DNA of 64,000 nt from an uncultured Clostridia bacterium (GCA_947589475.1 CANQBO010000006.1:9214-73213), one strand, 5' to 3'. Shown: positions 29,658 to 38,690, counted from the first letter of the stretch. Translations and numbers: made by a program. Notes: a model not told the origin generated them from the sequence alone.

Positions 29658-30741
29658 GCTTGTTTTCCTCCATCAAATTTATGAATAAGTCGAAAAGATA
29701 GCTCGAATCCTGCGGTCCCGGGGCGCTCTCGGGGTGATATTGCACGCTGAACACCTTATGTTTTACGTCCTGCATGCCCTCCACTGTGCCGTCGAGCAGA
29801 TTTATGTGCGTGACCTTGAGTCCCGTGCCTTTCAAACTTTCGGGAAGCACCGCGTAGGAGTGGTTTTGCGACGTCATCTCTATCTTGCCCGTTTCCAACC
29901 TCTTGACGGGATGATTGCCGCCGCGATGCCCGAATTTGAGCTTGTATGTCTTACCCCCTCTCGCAAGCGCGATGAGTTGATGTCCGAGGCATATGCCGAA
30001 CATGGGATACTTGCCGTACAGTTTTGCGACGGTCTTTATGGTGTCGACATTGTCCTCGGGGTCGCCGGGACCGTTTGAGAGGAATATCCCGTCGGGAGAG
30101 AGCTTGACGATCTCGTCATACGTCGTGTTGTAAGGCACTATGGTCACGTCGCACCCGCGCGCGTTGAGACAGCGCACTATGTTCTGTTTCATGCCGCAAT
30201 CTATGGCGACGACGCTGTATTTTGCATGCGGAGCGCGGCTGAAGTTGCGCTTTTTACTGCTCACTCTCGCCACGGCGTCATGAGGCACGGGCGATGCGGC
30301 GATGAGAAGTAGTCCCTCCGCCGTCGGCATGTCCGCGGGACATATGCACACCCTGCGCGAGCCGAAGTCGCGTATGGAGCGCGTGAGCATCCTTGTGTCC
30401 ACTCCCGAAATGCCGGGGATGCCGTACTCGTCAAGCAACTCGCCGAGCGACTGCACACTGCGGAAGTTTGACGGTGCGTCATTGTAGTCCCTCACGACGA
30501 GCGCGCCTATAGTGGGGCGCTTCGTCTCGAAGTCCTCCTTTGCAATGCCGTAGTTGCCTATCACGGGATAGGTCATGACCACCGCCTGATCCGTGTAGGA
30601 GGGGTCGGATACGATCTCCTGATAGCCGACTACGGACGTGTTGAAAACGATCTCGAACACGAAAACGCCGTCCGTCCTGCCAAATGCGGTACCGTAATAC
30701 TCGGTGCCGTCGTCCATGATTATCTTTCTGTCAAATTCCAT
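29650..30741 (-). CDS. carA: Carbamoyl-phosphate synthase small (glutaminase) subunit
   Basis: 363 aa. The GICLGHQL catalytic Cys motif and the 8-nt overlap with carB support the call. Confidence 0.95.
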   Translation of the reverse strand: MEFDRKIIMDDGTEYYGTAFGRTDGVFVFEIVFNTSVVGYQEIVSDPSYTDQAVVMTYPVIGNYGIAKEDFETKRPTIGALVVRDYNDAPSNFRSVQSLGELLDEYGIPGISGVDTRMLTRSIRDFGSRRVCICPADMPTAEGLLLIAASPVPHDAVARVSSKKRNFSRAPHAKYSVVAIDCGMKQNIVRCLNARGCDVTIVPYNTTYDEIVKLSPDGIFLSNGPGDPEDNVDTIKTVAKLYGKYPMFGICLGHQLIALARGGKTYKLKFGHRGGNHPVKRLETGKIEMTSQNHSYAVLPESLKGTGLKVTHINLLDGTVEGMQDVKHKVFSVQYHPESAPGPQDSSYLFDLFINLMEENKHA

Positions 30742-31904
30742 ACGGTCTTGCCTCCGAAATCAAGTTTAACGCATCTTCCCAAAACTTTTCTGCCCTCGAA
30801 CGGGGTAGCCTTGCCTTTGGACAAAAACTCTGCGGGATCGATGATATATTCCTCGCTCACGTCCCAAAGCGCCTCGCCCTCGACGGGTATGCCGAAACGC
30901 TTCGACGGCGCGTAGCACATCATCTCCACAAGCCTCTCAAGCGATATGACGCCCTTTTTCACAAGTTCCGTGTACAGCACGGGGAAGGCGCACTCAAGCC
31001 CGACGACGCCCATAGCGCTACGCTCAAGCCCCTTCGCCTTCTCTTCGGCGGAGTGCGGCGCGTGGTCCGTAGCGATCATATCTATCGTGCCGTCCTTCAC
31101 ACCCTCTATGAGCGCAAGCCTGTCCTCGCGCGTGCGTAGCGGCGGGTTCATCTTGAAACGCCCGTCCTCGCGCATATCGTTTTCGTCCAGCACAAGGTAG
31201 TGCGGCGCCGTCTCGCAGGAGACGTCCACGCCCCTCGCCTTTGCCTCGCGGATGAGCCGTACGCTCTCCTTTGTCGAGATGTGGCACACGTGATACTTTG
31301 CGCCCGTATCCTCGGCAAGCTTGATGTCGCGCTCTATCTGTTTCCACTCGCTCTCGCTTGAAATGCCCTTGTGACCGTGCTCAAGCGCGTATTTGCCCGC
31401 GTGCACATACCCGCCCGCTCTAAGTTTGTCGTCCTCGCAATGCGCGGCGATGATGACGCCCTCTCGCGCGGCAAGTTGCATGGCGCGGCGCATGGTATCC
31501 TCGCTCTGCACGCCTCTGCCGTCGTCCGAAAACGCCACGACGCGCCCCTTGAGAGAGTGAAAGTCCACAAGTTCCTCGCCCTTCTCGCCCACTGTTATCG
31601 CCGCATAGGGGTACACCCGCACCCTCGCGTCGCGGGCGATGATGTCCTCAAGCGTCCTCAAATTCTCCTCCGAATCGGGCACGGGAGAGAGGTTTGGCAT
31701 ACAGCATACCGCGCTAAAACCTCCCCTCGCCGCCGCGAGCGTGCCGCTTGAGACAGTCTCCTTATAAGAAAAACCCGGTTCTCTCAAATGTACGTGTACA
31801 TCGATGAGACCGGGCAATTTCAAATATCTATCCTCAAAAACGGGAGACTGAGGCGCTTTTACGCCCTCAATGCGGCAATCCTTTTGCTTGAATTTCGTAG
31901 TCAT
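30720..31904 (-). CDS. pyrC: Dihydroorotase
   Basis: It contains LIDVHVHLREPG. The start was taken at MTTKFKQ (ATG 31904, RBS GGGAGG); the track start at 32000 would lie on the promoter. Confidence 0.88.
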   Translation of the reverse strand: MTTKFKQKDCRIEGVKAPQSPVFEDRYLKLPGLIDVHVHLREPGFSYKETVSSGTLAAARGGFSAVCCMPNLSPVPDSEENLRTLEDIIARDARVRVYPYAAITVGEKGEELVDFHSLKGRVVAFSDDGRGVQSEDTMRRAMQLAAREGVIIAAHCEDDKLRAGGYVHAGKYALEHGHKGISSESEWKQIERDIKLAEDTGAKYHVCHISTKESVRLIREAKARGVDVSCETAPHYLVLDENDMREDGRFKMNPPLRTREDRLALIEGVKDGTIDMIATDHAPHSAEEKAKGLERSAMGVVGLECAFPVLYTELVKKGVISLERLVEMMCYAPSKRFGIPVEGEALWDVSEEYIIDPAEFLSKGKATPFEGRKVLGRCVKLDFGGKTVWNLTER

Positions 31905-32000
31905 TCCCGCACCTCCCAAAAGCCGCGACTCGCACGGCGCGCAACGCCGCCTAGCCTTGAGCATTGCTATTGTTATAAACTTTTTGCTTTGATTTGTCAA
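31905..32000 (-). promoter_or_regulatory. pyr operon promoter (TTGACA-17-TATAAC) and ~60-nt leader with a terminator-like hairpin
   Basis: The -35 lies at 31995-32000 and the -10 at 31972-31977. The hairpin GCCGUG-CGAGU-CGCGGC (31922-31938) is followed by UUUU directly abutting the RBS. Confidence 0.5.
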
Positions 32001-32155
32001 ACGATTTTAAGACAAAAAATATAGATATATTATATAAAATACAATATGTATTTTCTGTGCCGTTTCAAAGTTGCCCGCCGTCCGACATCGCCTCAATTTC
32101 CCGCCGCCTATCGCTTCGCGACAAAGAAAAAAGCCGCCGTATGACCGCACGGGGG

Positions 32156-32204
32156 ATATTTCGATAAGCGGTTTGGCTTTTGCTCAAACCGCTTATCGAA
32201 ATAT
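32156..32204. repeat. Perfect 20-bp inverted repeat (9-nt loop) downstream of the nitroreductase gene
   Basis: ATATTTCGATAAGCGGTTTG (32156-32175) pairs with CAAACCGCTTATCGAAATAT (32185-32204). On the minus strand a second small hairpin plus a U-run follows (about 32125-32155). Confidence 0.8.
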
Positions 32205-32287
32205 GAAAAGGTCACCTCAAAAAGGATACCTTTATTTTTAGTCCGACGATTTGACGGAGGCGTCTTGGGTGACGGCATGTGCGATTT

Positions 32288-32947
32288 TTACACAAACTCG
32301 AAATTTTCCTTGCCCGCGCCCAACTCGAAGTGGAGCTTCGCGATGCCGAGGTCGGTTTCAACATAGGGGCCTGCGCCGTGAGATGCCTTCACCTTGTTGC
32401 CGTCAAGCTCAAAGCGGAACTTCTGCTGATTTATAGCCGTAGGCGCAAGCAGAGCGAATTCCACCCCTCTTTTGAACCATTCGGGACTATTTTCGTCCGC
32501 ATTGCTGACGTCCTGCACGCTTTTAGAGCGGCGCGCCTTCCCCTCTGTTTCGCCGTAGCCGACCGTGATTATCATGTGCAACTTTTCGCCCTTTGCGATG
32601 TTAAACGCGCTTGGTATCTTTTTATACGTCCCCGCGACCCAGCAGGTGCCCAGTCCCAACTGCTTTGCGAGCAGAACGAGTTTCTCGCCGTAGTAGCCTA
32701 CCTTTTCCTCGCAACCGTCCTTTGGCGCGACCATGGCGATATAGTTGACCGCGTTTTTGAAACTGCCGTATCTCGCAAGCATACAGTTCATCGCCTTAGG
32801 CTCGTCAAGCACGAGCTGAAGATGCAGACCGCCCTCTTCATTGCACTTTGATATCTCCTCTTGCAACCTGTCTACAGCGGCTTGCTCTATAGGCACAGCC
32901 TTGTATTGCCTCACGCTATGGCGCGTCCTCATTGCCTCGAAAATATC
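32288..32947 (-). CDS. Nitroreductase-family protein
   Basis: MDIFEAMRTRHSVRQYK is the classic nitroreductase N-terminus. The start was taken at ATG 32947. Confidence 0.85.
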   Translation of the reverse strand, partial: DIFEAMRTRHSVRQYKAVPIEQAAVDRLQEEISKCNEEGGLHLQLVLDEPKAMNCMLARYGSFKNAVNYIAMVAPKDGCEEKVGYYGEKLVLLAKQLGLGTCWVAGTYKKIPSAFNIAKGEKLHMIITVGYGETEGKARRSKSVQDVSNADENSPEWFKRGVEFALLAPTAINQQKFRFELDGNKVKASHGAGPYVETDLGIAKLHFELGAGKENFEFV

Positions 32948-33048
32948 CATAAACACCTCTTTACATGCGCATTTTTGACATTTAAACCGCCGATTTTGCG
33001 CATATCTCAAAAATTTTTTATTGTCGAAGTTGCCTTGTTTTCGACTAT

Positions 33049-33077
33049 GTTATACCACCGCGCGGACGATTTGTCAA
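33049..33077 (-). promoter_or_regulatory. Candidate nitroreductase promoter (TTGACA-17-TATAAC)
   Basis: The -35 lies at 33072-33077 and the -10 at 33049-33054, with a 17-nt spacer. Confidence 0.5.
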
Positions 33078-33235
33078 TATGTGCAAGCCCTAAACGCTAA
33101 GTTGCGTCAAAACAAAGCTTGCATGTCGTTTGCAAGCTTAAGATCATTCCACAACGGATCGTCGACATTTCAAGCGCAGAATGTCGCGCGCAAAGACGAG
33201 ACGCACCGACAAAATTACTCTTGAGATTTTGTATC

Positions 33236-33430
33236 TCACATATACTCTTTCAGCGCGGTCTGCAACATTTGCAAAAATCTGCATATGCGCTCAAGCTCCT
33301 CCTTGCACTTCCCCTTTGCCAAAGCCTCCGCAGTCGCCACCGCAAGCAGATTACACTCAAGAGGCGTCCCCGTGCCGTCCTTCGCCGCTCTTCCGACCGC
33401 CTCCGCAACGTCTTTCATATCCTGTCCCAT
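33236..33430 (-). CDS. Hypothetical 64-aa helical protein (weak call)
   Basis: This is the C-terminal part of track ORF 33236-33574, taken from MGQDMKDVAEAV. Codon usage resembles that of neighbouring genes. There is no RBS, but a TATAAT sits 6 nt upstream of the ATG. Confidence 0.3.
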   Translation of the reverse strand: MGQDMKDVAEAVGRAAKDGTGTPLECNLLAVATAEALAKGKCKEELERICRFLQMLQTALKEYM

Positions 33431-33617
33431 AGCAAAATTATATGCAATTATCGTTTGAATGTACTTAATTTGTGACCTGTCATGGAAATTGTGTAGGATA
33501 TGGCTGTATATAGACGACAAACGCCCGCCTATGCGCTTTAAAGAAAAATGCGCAATGAAAAGAGCGCACGACATATGCGCCCTTTTGATGATTTAAGTTT
33601 TGTCTCGCCCAAAGATC

Positions 33618-33989
33618 TTACTTGCCCTGTCTCGACTCATAGTCCGCGATCGCGGCGCGTATGGCGTCCTCCGCCAGAACGGAGCAATGTATCTTTTGCG
33701 GGGGCAACTCGCCCAGCTCCTCGATGACCTGTTTATTTGTGAGCTGAAGCGCCTCCTCTATCGTCTTGCCTATTATCATTCCCGTCGCGGTGGAGCTGGA
33801 CACGACAGCCGCCGCACATCCGAACGTCTTGAATTTTGCGTCGACTATTATGCCGTCCTCTATGCGCATGGTGATCTGCATGATGTCGCCGCACGTCTCG
33901 TTGCCGACGGTGCCTATGGCGTTGTAATTTTCCACCTCGCCCATATGCTGAGGATTTTTGAAAATTTCCATGACTTTTGCGTTGTACAT
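33618..33989 (-). CDS. iscU: Fe-S cluster scaffold, NifU/IscU N-terminal type
   Basis: It contains GNETCGDIM...FKTFGCAAAVVSS, which supplies the three conserved Cys residues. Confidence 0.92.
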   Translation of the reverse strand: MYNAKVMEIFKNPQHMGEVENYNAIGTVGNETCGDIMQITMRIEDGIIVDAKFKTFGCAAAVVSSSTATGMIIGKTIEEALQLTNKQVIEELGELPPQKIHCSVLAEDAIRAAIADYESRQGK

Positions 33990-34018
33990 ATTATACTCCT
34001 CGGGTCTTGCCCTAAAAC

Positions 34019-35191
34019 TTATTTCTTATGATACAGCGGGGACATCTCCCTAAGCCTCTTGACGGTGGAGACAAGCTGTTCCACGGTGTAATCGACGTCC
34101 TCGACGGTGTTGTGCTTGCCGAATGTGAAGCGTATGGAGCCGTGCGCCGTGCCCACGGGTACGCCTATTGAAAGCAGCGTCCTCGACGGATCGAGGGACG
34201 CGGACGAACACGCCGAACCGGACGACGCGCTTATCCCCGCGAGGTCCAGCGAAAAGAGTATGCTCTCCCCCTCTATATAGCGGAAACTGAAGTTGGCGTT
34301 GTTGGGCAGTCTCTTGCTCATGTCCTTAGGTCCGTTGAACAAGATGTCGTCTATGCTCGCAAGCACTTTCTCGACAAATCTGTCCCTCAGCGAGGCGACG
34401 TATGCCGCGTCTTGCTCCAAAGTTTGCATAGCCTCTTCGAGTGCGGTCGCCATGCCCACTATGCCCGGGGTGTTGCTTGTGCCGCCGCGATGCGCGCGTT
34501 CCTGCTCGCCGCCCGTGATGAATTTTTCCATCTTCAGCCCGTTTCTCAGATACAGCGCGCCCATGCCCTTTGGTCCGTAAAACTTGTGCGCCGACATAGA
34601 CAGCATATCCACGCCGAGATCCTTGACATCATAGCGTATCGCGCCCGTCGCCTGCACTGCGTCCGTATGGAAAAGCGCGCCGTGAGCGTGCGCTATCTCG
34701 CACAACCTCTTTATCGGCTCTATAGTGCCTATCTCGTTGTTGGCAAACATTATGCTGACGAGGATGGTGTCGGGACGTATCGCCTTTTCAAGATCTTCGG
34801 GGGATACGAAACCCTCGCCGTCCACGGGCAGATATGTGACCTCATATCCGTATTTCTCAAGCTGTTTGCAGGTCGTATATATCGCGGGGTGCTCTATCAT
34901 CGAAGTGATGATGTGCTTGCCCTTCTCTCCGTATTGCAACGCCGCGCCTTTGACAGCCCAATTGTCCGCCTCCGTGCCGCAGGAGGTGAAATATATCTCG
35001 CTCGGTTTTGCGCCTATCGCCGCCGCGATCTTCGCCCTCGACTCGCTGACCGCTTTCGCGCCCTCGCGCCCGTACACGTGCTGAGAGTTGGGGTTGCCGA
35101 ACATCTCGCAAAAATAGGGCTTCATAGCCTCGAAAGCCTTCTCGCTGAGCGGAGTCGTCGCCGCATGATCAAGATAAATGCTCTTCTCCAT
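34019..35191 (-). CDS. nifS: Cysteine desulfurase (NifS type, class V aminotransferase)
   Basis: MEKSIYLDHAATTPL..., the PLP lysine context SAHKFYGPKG and the active-site SSGSACSS support the call. The start was taken at ATG 35191 (GGAG 5 nt upstream). Confidence 0.92.
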   Translation of the reverse strand: MEKSIYLDHAATTPLSEKAFEAMKPYFCEMFGNPNSQHVYGREGAKAVSESRAKIAAAIGAKPSEIYFTSCGTEADNWAVKGAALQYGEKGKHIITSMIEHPAIYTTCKQLEKYGYEVTYLPVDGEGFVSPEDLEKAIRPDTILVSIMFANNEIGTIEPIKRLCEIAHAHGALFHTDAVQATGAIRYDVKDLGVDMLSMSAHKFYGPKGMGALYLRNGLKMEKFITGGEQERAHRGGTSNTPGIVGMATALEEAMQTLEQDAAYVASLRDRFVEKVLASIDDILFNGPKDMSKRLPNNANFSFRYIEGESILFSLDLAGISASSGSACSSASLDPSRTLLSIGVPVGTAHGSIRFTFGKHNTVEDVDYTVEQLVSTVKRLREMSPLYHKK

Positions 35192-35250
35192 TTTCACTCC
35201 TAATATGCCATATGCGCGAAACACAAAGTTTCCGCGCAAATTTTTTCAAT

Positions 35251-35311
35251 AATGTGAAACATCTTTCACATTTGTCATATATGATATAGCACTCCGCCGC
35301 GCGTTTGTCAA
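35251..35311 (-). promoter_or_regulatory. nifS-iscU promoter (TTGACA-17-TATATC) with a 22-bp palindrome just downstream
   Basis: The -35 lies at 35306-35311 and the -10 at 35283-35288. The palindrome AATGTGAAA-CATC-TTTCACATT lies at 35251-35272. Confidence 0.5.
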
Positions 35312-35374
35312 GAGGAAATGTAAATATCCGACATTTTTATTTCTTGACGCGCGCCCGTCGCTCAAAATCAAGGC

Positions 35375-36118
35375 TCATTCCTCGTCGTCTATGGTGAGGT
35401 TGGCGTTGTGGTAGACGTTCTGCACGTCATCAAGTTCCTCAAGCTTGTCGATGAGCTTGATGAGCGTGGACTGCTGTTCGGGAGTGGGATCGACATAGTT
35501 GTCGGGGATCATGGAGACCTCTGCGGAGAGCACTTTCACGCCCGCCTTTTCAAGCCCCGCCCTGACATCCGTGACGATGCCGGGATCGGTGTACACTTCA
35601 TACACGTCCTCGTCCTCGGTGTCGAGATCTTCCGCGCCCGCGTCGAGCACCGTGAGAGTAAACTCATCCTCGTCCGCGACGTCCTCCTTTGCGACGGTGA
35701 TGACGCCCTTGCGCTTGAACATAAAGGATACGCAACCCGTCGTGCCCATCGCGCCGCCGAACTTGTCGAAGAGGTGCCTTACGTCTCCCGCCGTGCGGTT
35801 TTTGTTGTCGGTGAGCGCGTCGACTATTATTGCCGTTCCGCCCACGCCGTAACCCTCGTAGACCATATTTTCATAGTTTATGGAGCCTAGCTCGCCGCTT
35901 GCCTTCTTGATGCTGCGGTTGATGTTCTCGTTGGGCATGTTGTTGTCTTTTGCCTTTGCGATGGCTTGCGCGAGCTTACTGTTGGTGTTGGGATCGGGTC
36001 CGCCCTCCTTGACGGCGACTGCGATCTCACGCCCTATCTTTGTGAAGATATTCGCTCTTGCCGCGTCGGTTTTGCCCTTTTTCTGCTGGATATTGTGCCA
36101 TTTGCTGTGTCCGCTCAT
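35375..36118 (-). CDS. yebC: YebC/PmpR-family transcriptional regulator
   Basis: MSGHSKWHNIQQKKGKTDAARANIFTK is the family N-terminus. The start was taken at ATG 36118 with an AGGAG RBS. Confidence 0.92.
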   Translation of the reverse strand: MSGHSKWHNIQQKKGKTDAARANIFTKIGREIAVAVKEGGPDPNTNSKLAQAIAKAKDNNMPNENINRSIKKASGELGSINYENMVYEGYGVGGTAIIVDALTDNKNRTAGDVRHLFDKFGGAMGTTGCVSFMFKRKGVITVAKEDVADEDEFTLTVLDAGAEDLDTEDEDVYEVYTDPGIVTDVRAGLEKAGVKVLSAEVSMIPDNYVDPTPEQQSTLIKLIDKLEELDDVQNVYHNANLTIDDEE

Positions 36119-36128
36119 AATTATTCTC

Positions 36129-36917
36129 CTATAAAGTCCGATACATTGCGACCGCAGCGGCGACCGCAACGTTGAGGGATTCCACCCCGTTGGACATCGG
36201 CAACGCATACACCTGCTTTGCCGATCTTTTGATGCATTCTCTCACGCCGTGCGCCTCGCTCCCCGCGATGAGCAGTACGGGGGACGCGATCTCGCTCTCA
36301 AGCAAGTTCTGCCCGTCCATATCGAGCGCCGCGCTGTTGAAATTCCTCACAAGCTCCATCGCGCGCATTATGTCCACCTCGTGCACCCTTATGCGGAATA
36401 TGCCGCCGAGAGACGACCTTATCACTTTCGGCGAATACGCCTCCGCGCAATCGAGAAGATATACGTCCTCAAACCCTGCCGCCGCCGCAGTCCTTATTAT
36501 GGTGCCGACGTTGCCGGGGTCCGCCACGCCGTCAAGCAACACAGCGTTTGCCGTGGGCGCGACATACTCGAGCGAAGGCATTTTTACGACCGCCGCTATG
36601 CCGTACGGAGTGACAGTGTCCGCAAAGCTTTTGAGCACGCTGTCCGTAACGCGCATCGCGCGCTCGTCGTCCTCGGCTATGCCGTACTTTTCAAGCAGGT
36701 CGAGCACCTCGTCGCGCCTGTCCGGAGTGTAAAAGACATATTTGACCTCTACGCTCGCGGGCATATCGCGCAACAAGTTTATGCCCTCCGCAAGGATAAG
36801 CCCGGTCTCGAGACGATGCTTCTTCTGCGAGAGAGAACGCGCAAGTTTGACATATTGGTTTTGCGATGATGTGATGATGTCCACTTTAAATAAAAAGGCG
36901 GCAAGCCACCCCTGCAA
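36129..36917 (-). CDS. TrmH/SpoU-family RNA 2'-O-methyltransferase (group 3)
   Basis: It has the N-terminal ITSSQNQYVK, the SpoU-substrate-binding LAEGINLL and a C-terminal SpoU methylase domain (ESLNVAVAAAVAMY). The start is uncertain: the TTG at 36917 lies inside the rplT terminator hairpin, and a GTG at 36884 is the alternative. Confidence 0.8.
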   Translation of the reverse strand: MQGWLAAFLFKVDIITSSQNQYVKLARSLSQKKHRLETGLILAEGINLLRDMPASVEVKYVFYTPDRRDEVLDLLEKYGIAEDDERAMRVTDSVLKSFADTVTPYGIAAVVKMPSLEYVAPTANAVLLDGVADPGNVGTIIRTAAAAGFEDVYLLDCAEAYSPKVIRSSLGGIFRIRVHEVDIMRAMELVRNFNSAALDMDGQNLLESEIASPVLLIAGSEAHGVRECIKRSAKQVYALPMSNGVESLNVAVAAAVAMYRTL

Positions 36918-36966
36918 AGCCGCCTAAAAGCGACCTCAGAGGCAACGTTTCCGCCTTGTCATGCCT

Positions 36967-37320
36967 TTATGCAAGCGCCTTTTTCGCGCTCTCGCAAAGC
37001 GCGGCGAAGGACTTGGGATCGCTTATCGCTATCTCGCTCAGGACTTTCCTGTTGAGGTCGATGCCCGCGAGCTTAAGCCCGTGCATAAGCGTGGAGTAGC
37101 TCATTCCGTTGAGACGCGCGCCCGCATTGATACGTGCGATCCAAAGTTTTCTGAAATCGCGCTTTTTCTGCTTTCTGCCGATGTAGGCATAGACGCCGCT
37201 CTTCAAAAATTGCTGTTTTGCAACGCGGTAAAGGGAATGCTTGCCCGCATAATAGCCCTTTGCCATCTTCATTATTTTTCTGCGTTTCTTTGTTGCGTTG
37301 ACCGCTCTCTTGATCCTCAT
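36967..37320 (-). CDS. rplT: 50S ribosomal protein L20
   Basis: [27 protein letters not shown] is the L20 N-terminus. Confidence 0.97.
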   Translation of the reverse strand: MRIKRAVNATKKRRKIMKMAKGYYAGKHSLYRVAKQQFLKSGVYAYIGRKQKKRDFRKLWIARINAGARLNGMSYSTLMHGLKLAGIDLNRKVLSEIAISDPKSFAALCESAKKALA

Positions 37321-37334
37321 AGCGTCCTACCTCC

Positions 37335-37532
37335 TTATTTGTAGGGAAGAAGTCTCTTGACTTCGTTCGACCTTGTCTCATCGATGTACTCGATGGAGCG
37401 AAGATCTCTCTTCCTCTTGCGACTCTTCTTTGTCAGAAGGTGGCTGTGAGCGGAATGGCCTCTCTTGTAGAGTCCGTTTGCCGTGGGACGGAAGCGCTTT
37501 TTTGCGCCGCTGTGTGTTTTCTGTTTTGGCAT
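37335..37532 (-). CDS. rpmI: 50S ribosomal protein L35
   Basis: [15 protein letters not shown] is the L35 N-terminus. Confidence 0.97.
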   Translation of the reverse strand: MPKQKTHSGAKKRFRPTANGLYKRGHSAHSHLLTKKSRKRKRDLRSIEYIDETRSNEVKRLLPYK

Positions 37533-37577
37533 AGTTTGCCTCCTATATAATTTGCTACGCGCATACGCGCAATAAGT

Positions 37578-38108
37578 TTACTTTGTTGCCTTGCCGGGCG
37601 CGAGGATGGTGTATATCATCCTACCCTCTTGCGTCGGCGCTTTTTCGACTGCGATGGGAGCGCTTGTGGCTTGCTTGACCATCTCGATGTAGTCCTCGAC
37701 GATCTTGACCGCTATCTCGGGATGTGCCTGTTGCCTGCCCTTGAGACGGATGGACGCCTTGACCTTGTTGCCTTTTTCAATAAACTTCGCCGTTTGTTGT
37801 GCAAGACGCGTCGTGTCCCCTATATCGATCGTCGCCGAAAGCCTTATTTCCTTCGTCTCGGTGACGGTCTGATTTTTCTTGTTCTCCTTGTCGCGCTTCT
37901 GCTGATCGTAGCGATACTTGCCGTAGTCCATAAGCTTGCAAGTCGGAGGTGTCACCCCGGGAGGAGTCATCTTGCAAAGATCCAACCCTCTCTCGTCGGC
38001 GATCTGCCGCGCTTCACGGATGGAAATGACGCCGTACTGCTGTCCGTCATCACCGATGAGGCGGACTTCACGGTCTCTGATTTGTTCGTTGATCAAAAGC
38101 TCTTTCAA
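37578..38108 (-). CDS. infC: Translation initiation factor IF-3 (TTG start)
   Basis: It begins INEQIRDREVRLIGDDGQQ. The start codon is TTG (38106-38108) with AAGGAG 6 nt upstream, and a non-AUG start is typical of infC. Confidence 0.95.
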   Translation of the reverse strand: MKELLINEQIRDREVRLIGDDGQQYGVISIREARQIADERGLDLCKMTPPGVTPPTCKLMDYGKYRYDQQKRDKENKKNQTVTETKEIRLSATIDIGDTTRLAQQTAKFIEKGNKVKASIRLKGRQQAHPEIAVKIVEDYIEMVKQATSAPIAVEKAPTQEGRMIYTILAPGKATK

Positions 38109-38292
38109 ATGCCACTCCTTTATCTTTTAATATTGTCAACATCTTCAGACAAAAAATGTCGGCGCACGCAAAGGTCTCCGACATCATCAAAACAACTCTC
38201 ATTCTTGCTTGACGACCACTTAGCATAGCTCGTGGTGAAAGGGTTCCCTTTGCTTGCTTCACTATATTAGCAAAACAAAAACCTTGTGTCAA
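38109..38292 (-). promoter_or_regulatory. infC operon promoter (TTGACA-17-TAATAT) plus L20-leader-like transcription attenuator
   Basis: The -35 lies at 38287-38292 and the -10 at 38264-38269. The ~150-nt leader ends in the hairpin AUGUCGG/CCGACAU (38156-38184) followed by UUUUUU. Its position and architecture match the Firmicute L20 leader (Rfam RF00558). No covariance-model scoring was possible. Confidence 0.55.
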
Positions 38293-38399
38293 GCATTTTT
38301 GCCTACATTTCAGCCCTATTTTGCAACTATTTCAATACCGTTCAAGTCTCACTATGACCCTACGCAACTAATATTCAAAACCTAAGGCAATTTAAGATG

Positions 38400-38690
38400 A
38401 AACTTAACTCTCGGACAGAGGCAGACATCGGGTATAAGGACGCCAAAATAAAGGGTAAGTTATTTCACTTGGACAGGGAGATGTTTCGACTTCGCTCAAC
38501 ATGACATGAAAAAATAGTACGCTCAGACAGCGGTTGTGATATCGCTCAGACGCGCTTGATTGATAAAAACCGCGATATTTTGATGAAGAACAAGGAAGAG
38601 ACGCCCCGCCGAACCGCCTAATGTACTAAAACGTACATGACGGCGAGGCGGGACGTCTCTGACGAAGTTATTCGCCAAATAGCGCGGTTT
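38400..38690. repeat. Non-coding module A of a dispersed or duplicated intergenic element (homologous to 43262-43577)
   Basis: It shares ordered blocks with module B: CTCGGACAGAGG, GCTCAGACAG, GATGAAGAAC, CGTACATG and the exact 15-mer CAAATAGCGCGGTTT (38676-38690). It ends at the ABC stop codon. Confidence 0.7.

Noticed and set aside
31905-32150. A PyrR-dependent attenuator upstream of the pyr operon.
   Set aside because: No PyrR-binding loop consensus and no pyrR gene were seen. Only a short generic terminator-like hairpin is present, and it is reported as a finding.
38400-38690. A CRISPR array, prompted by the repeated CTCRGACAR motifs and the 15-bp tandem repeat at 55269.
   Set aside because: The 9-mers are far too short and irregularly spaced (24-45 nt), without conserved full-length repeats. 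The 15-bp repeat has no spacers and is in-frame coding sequence. No cas genes are present.
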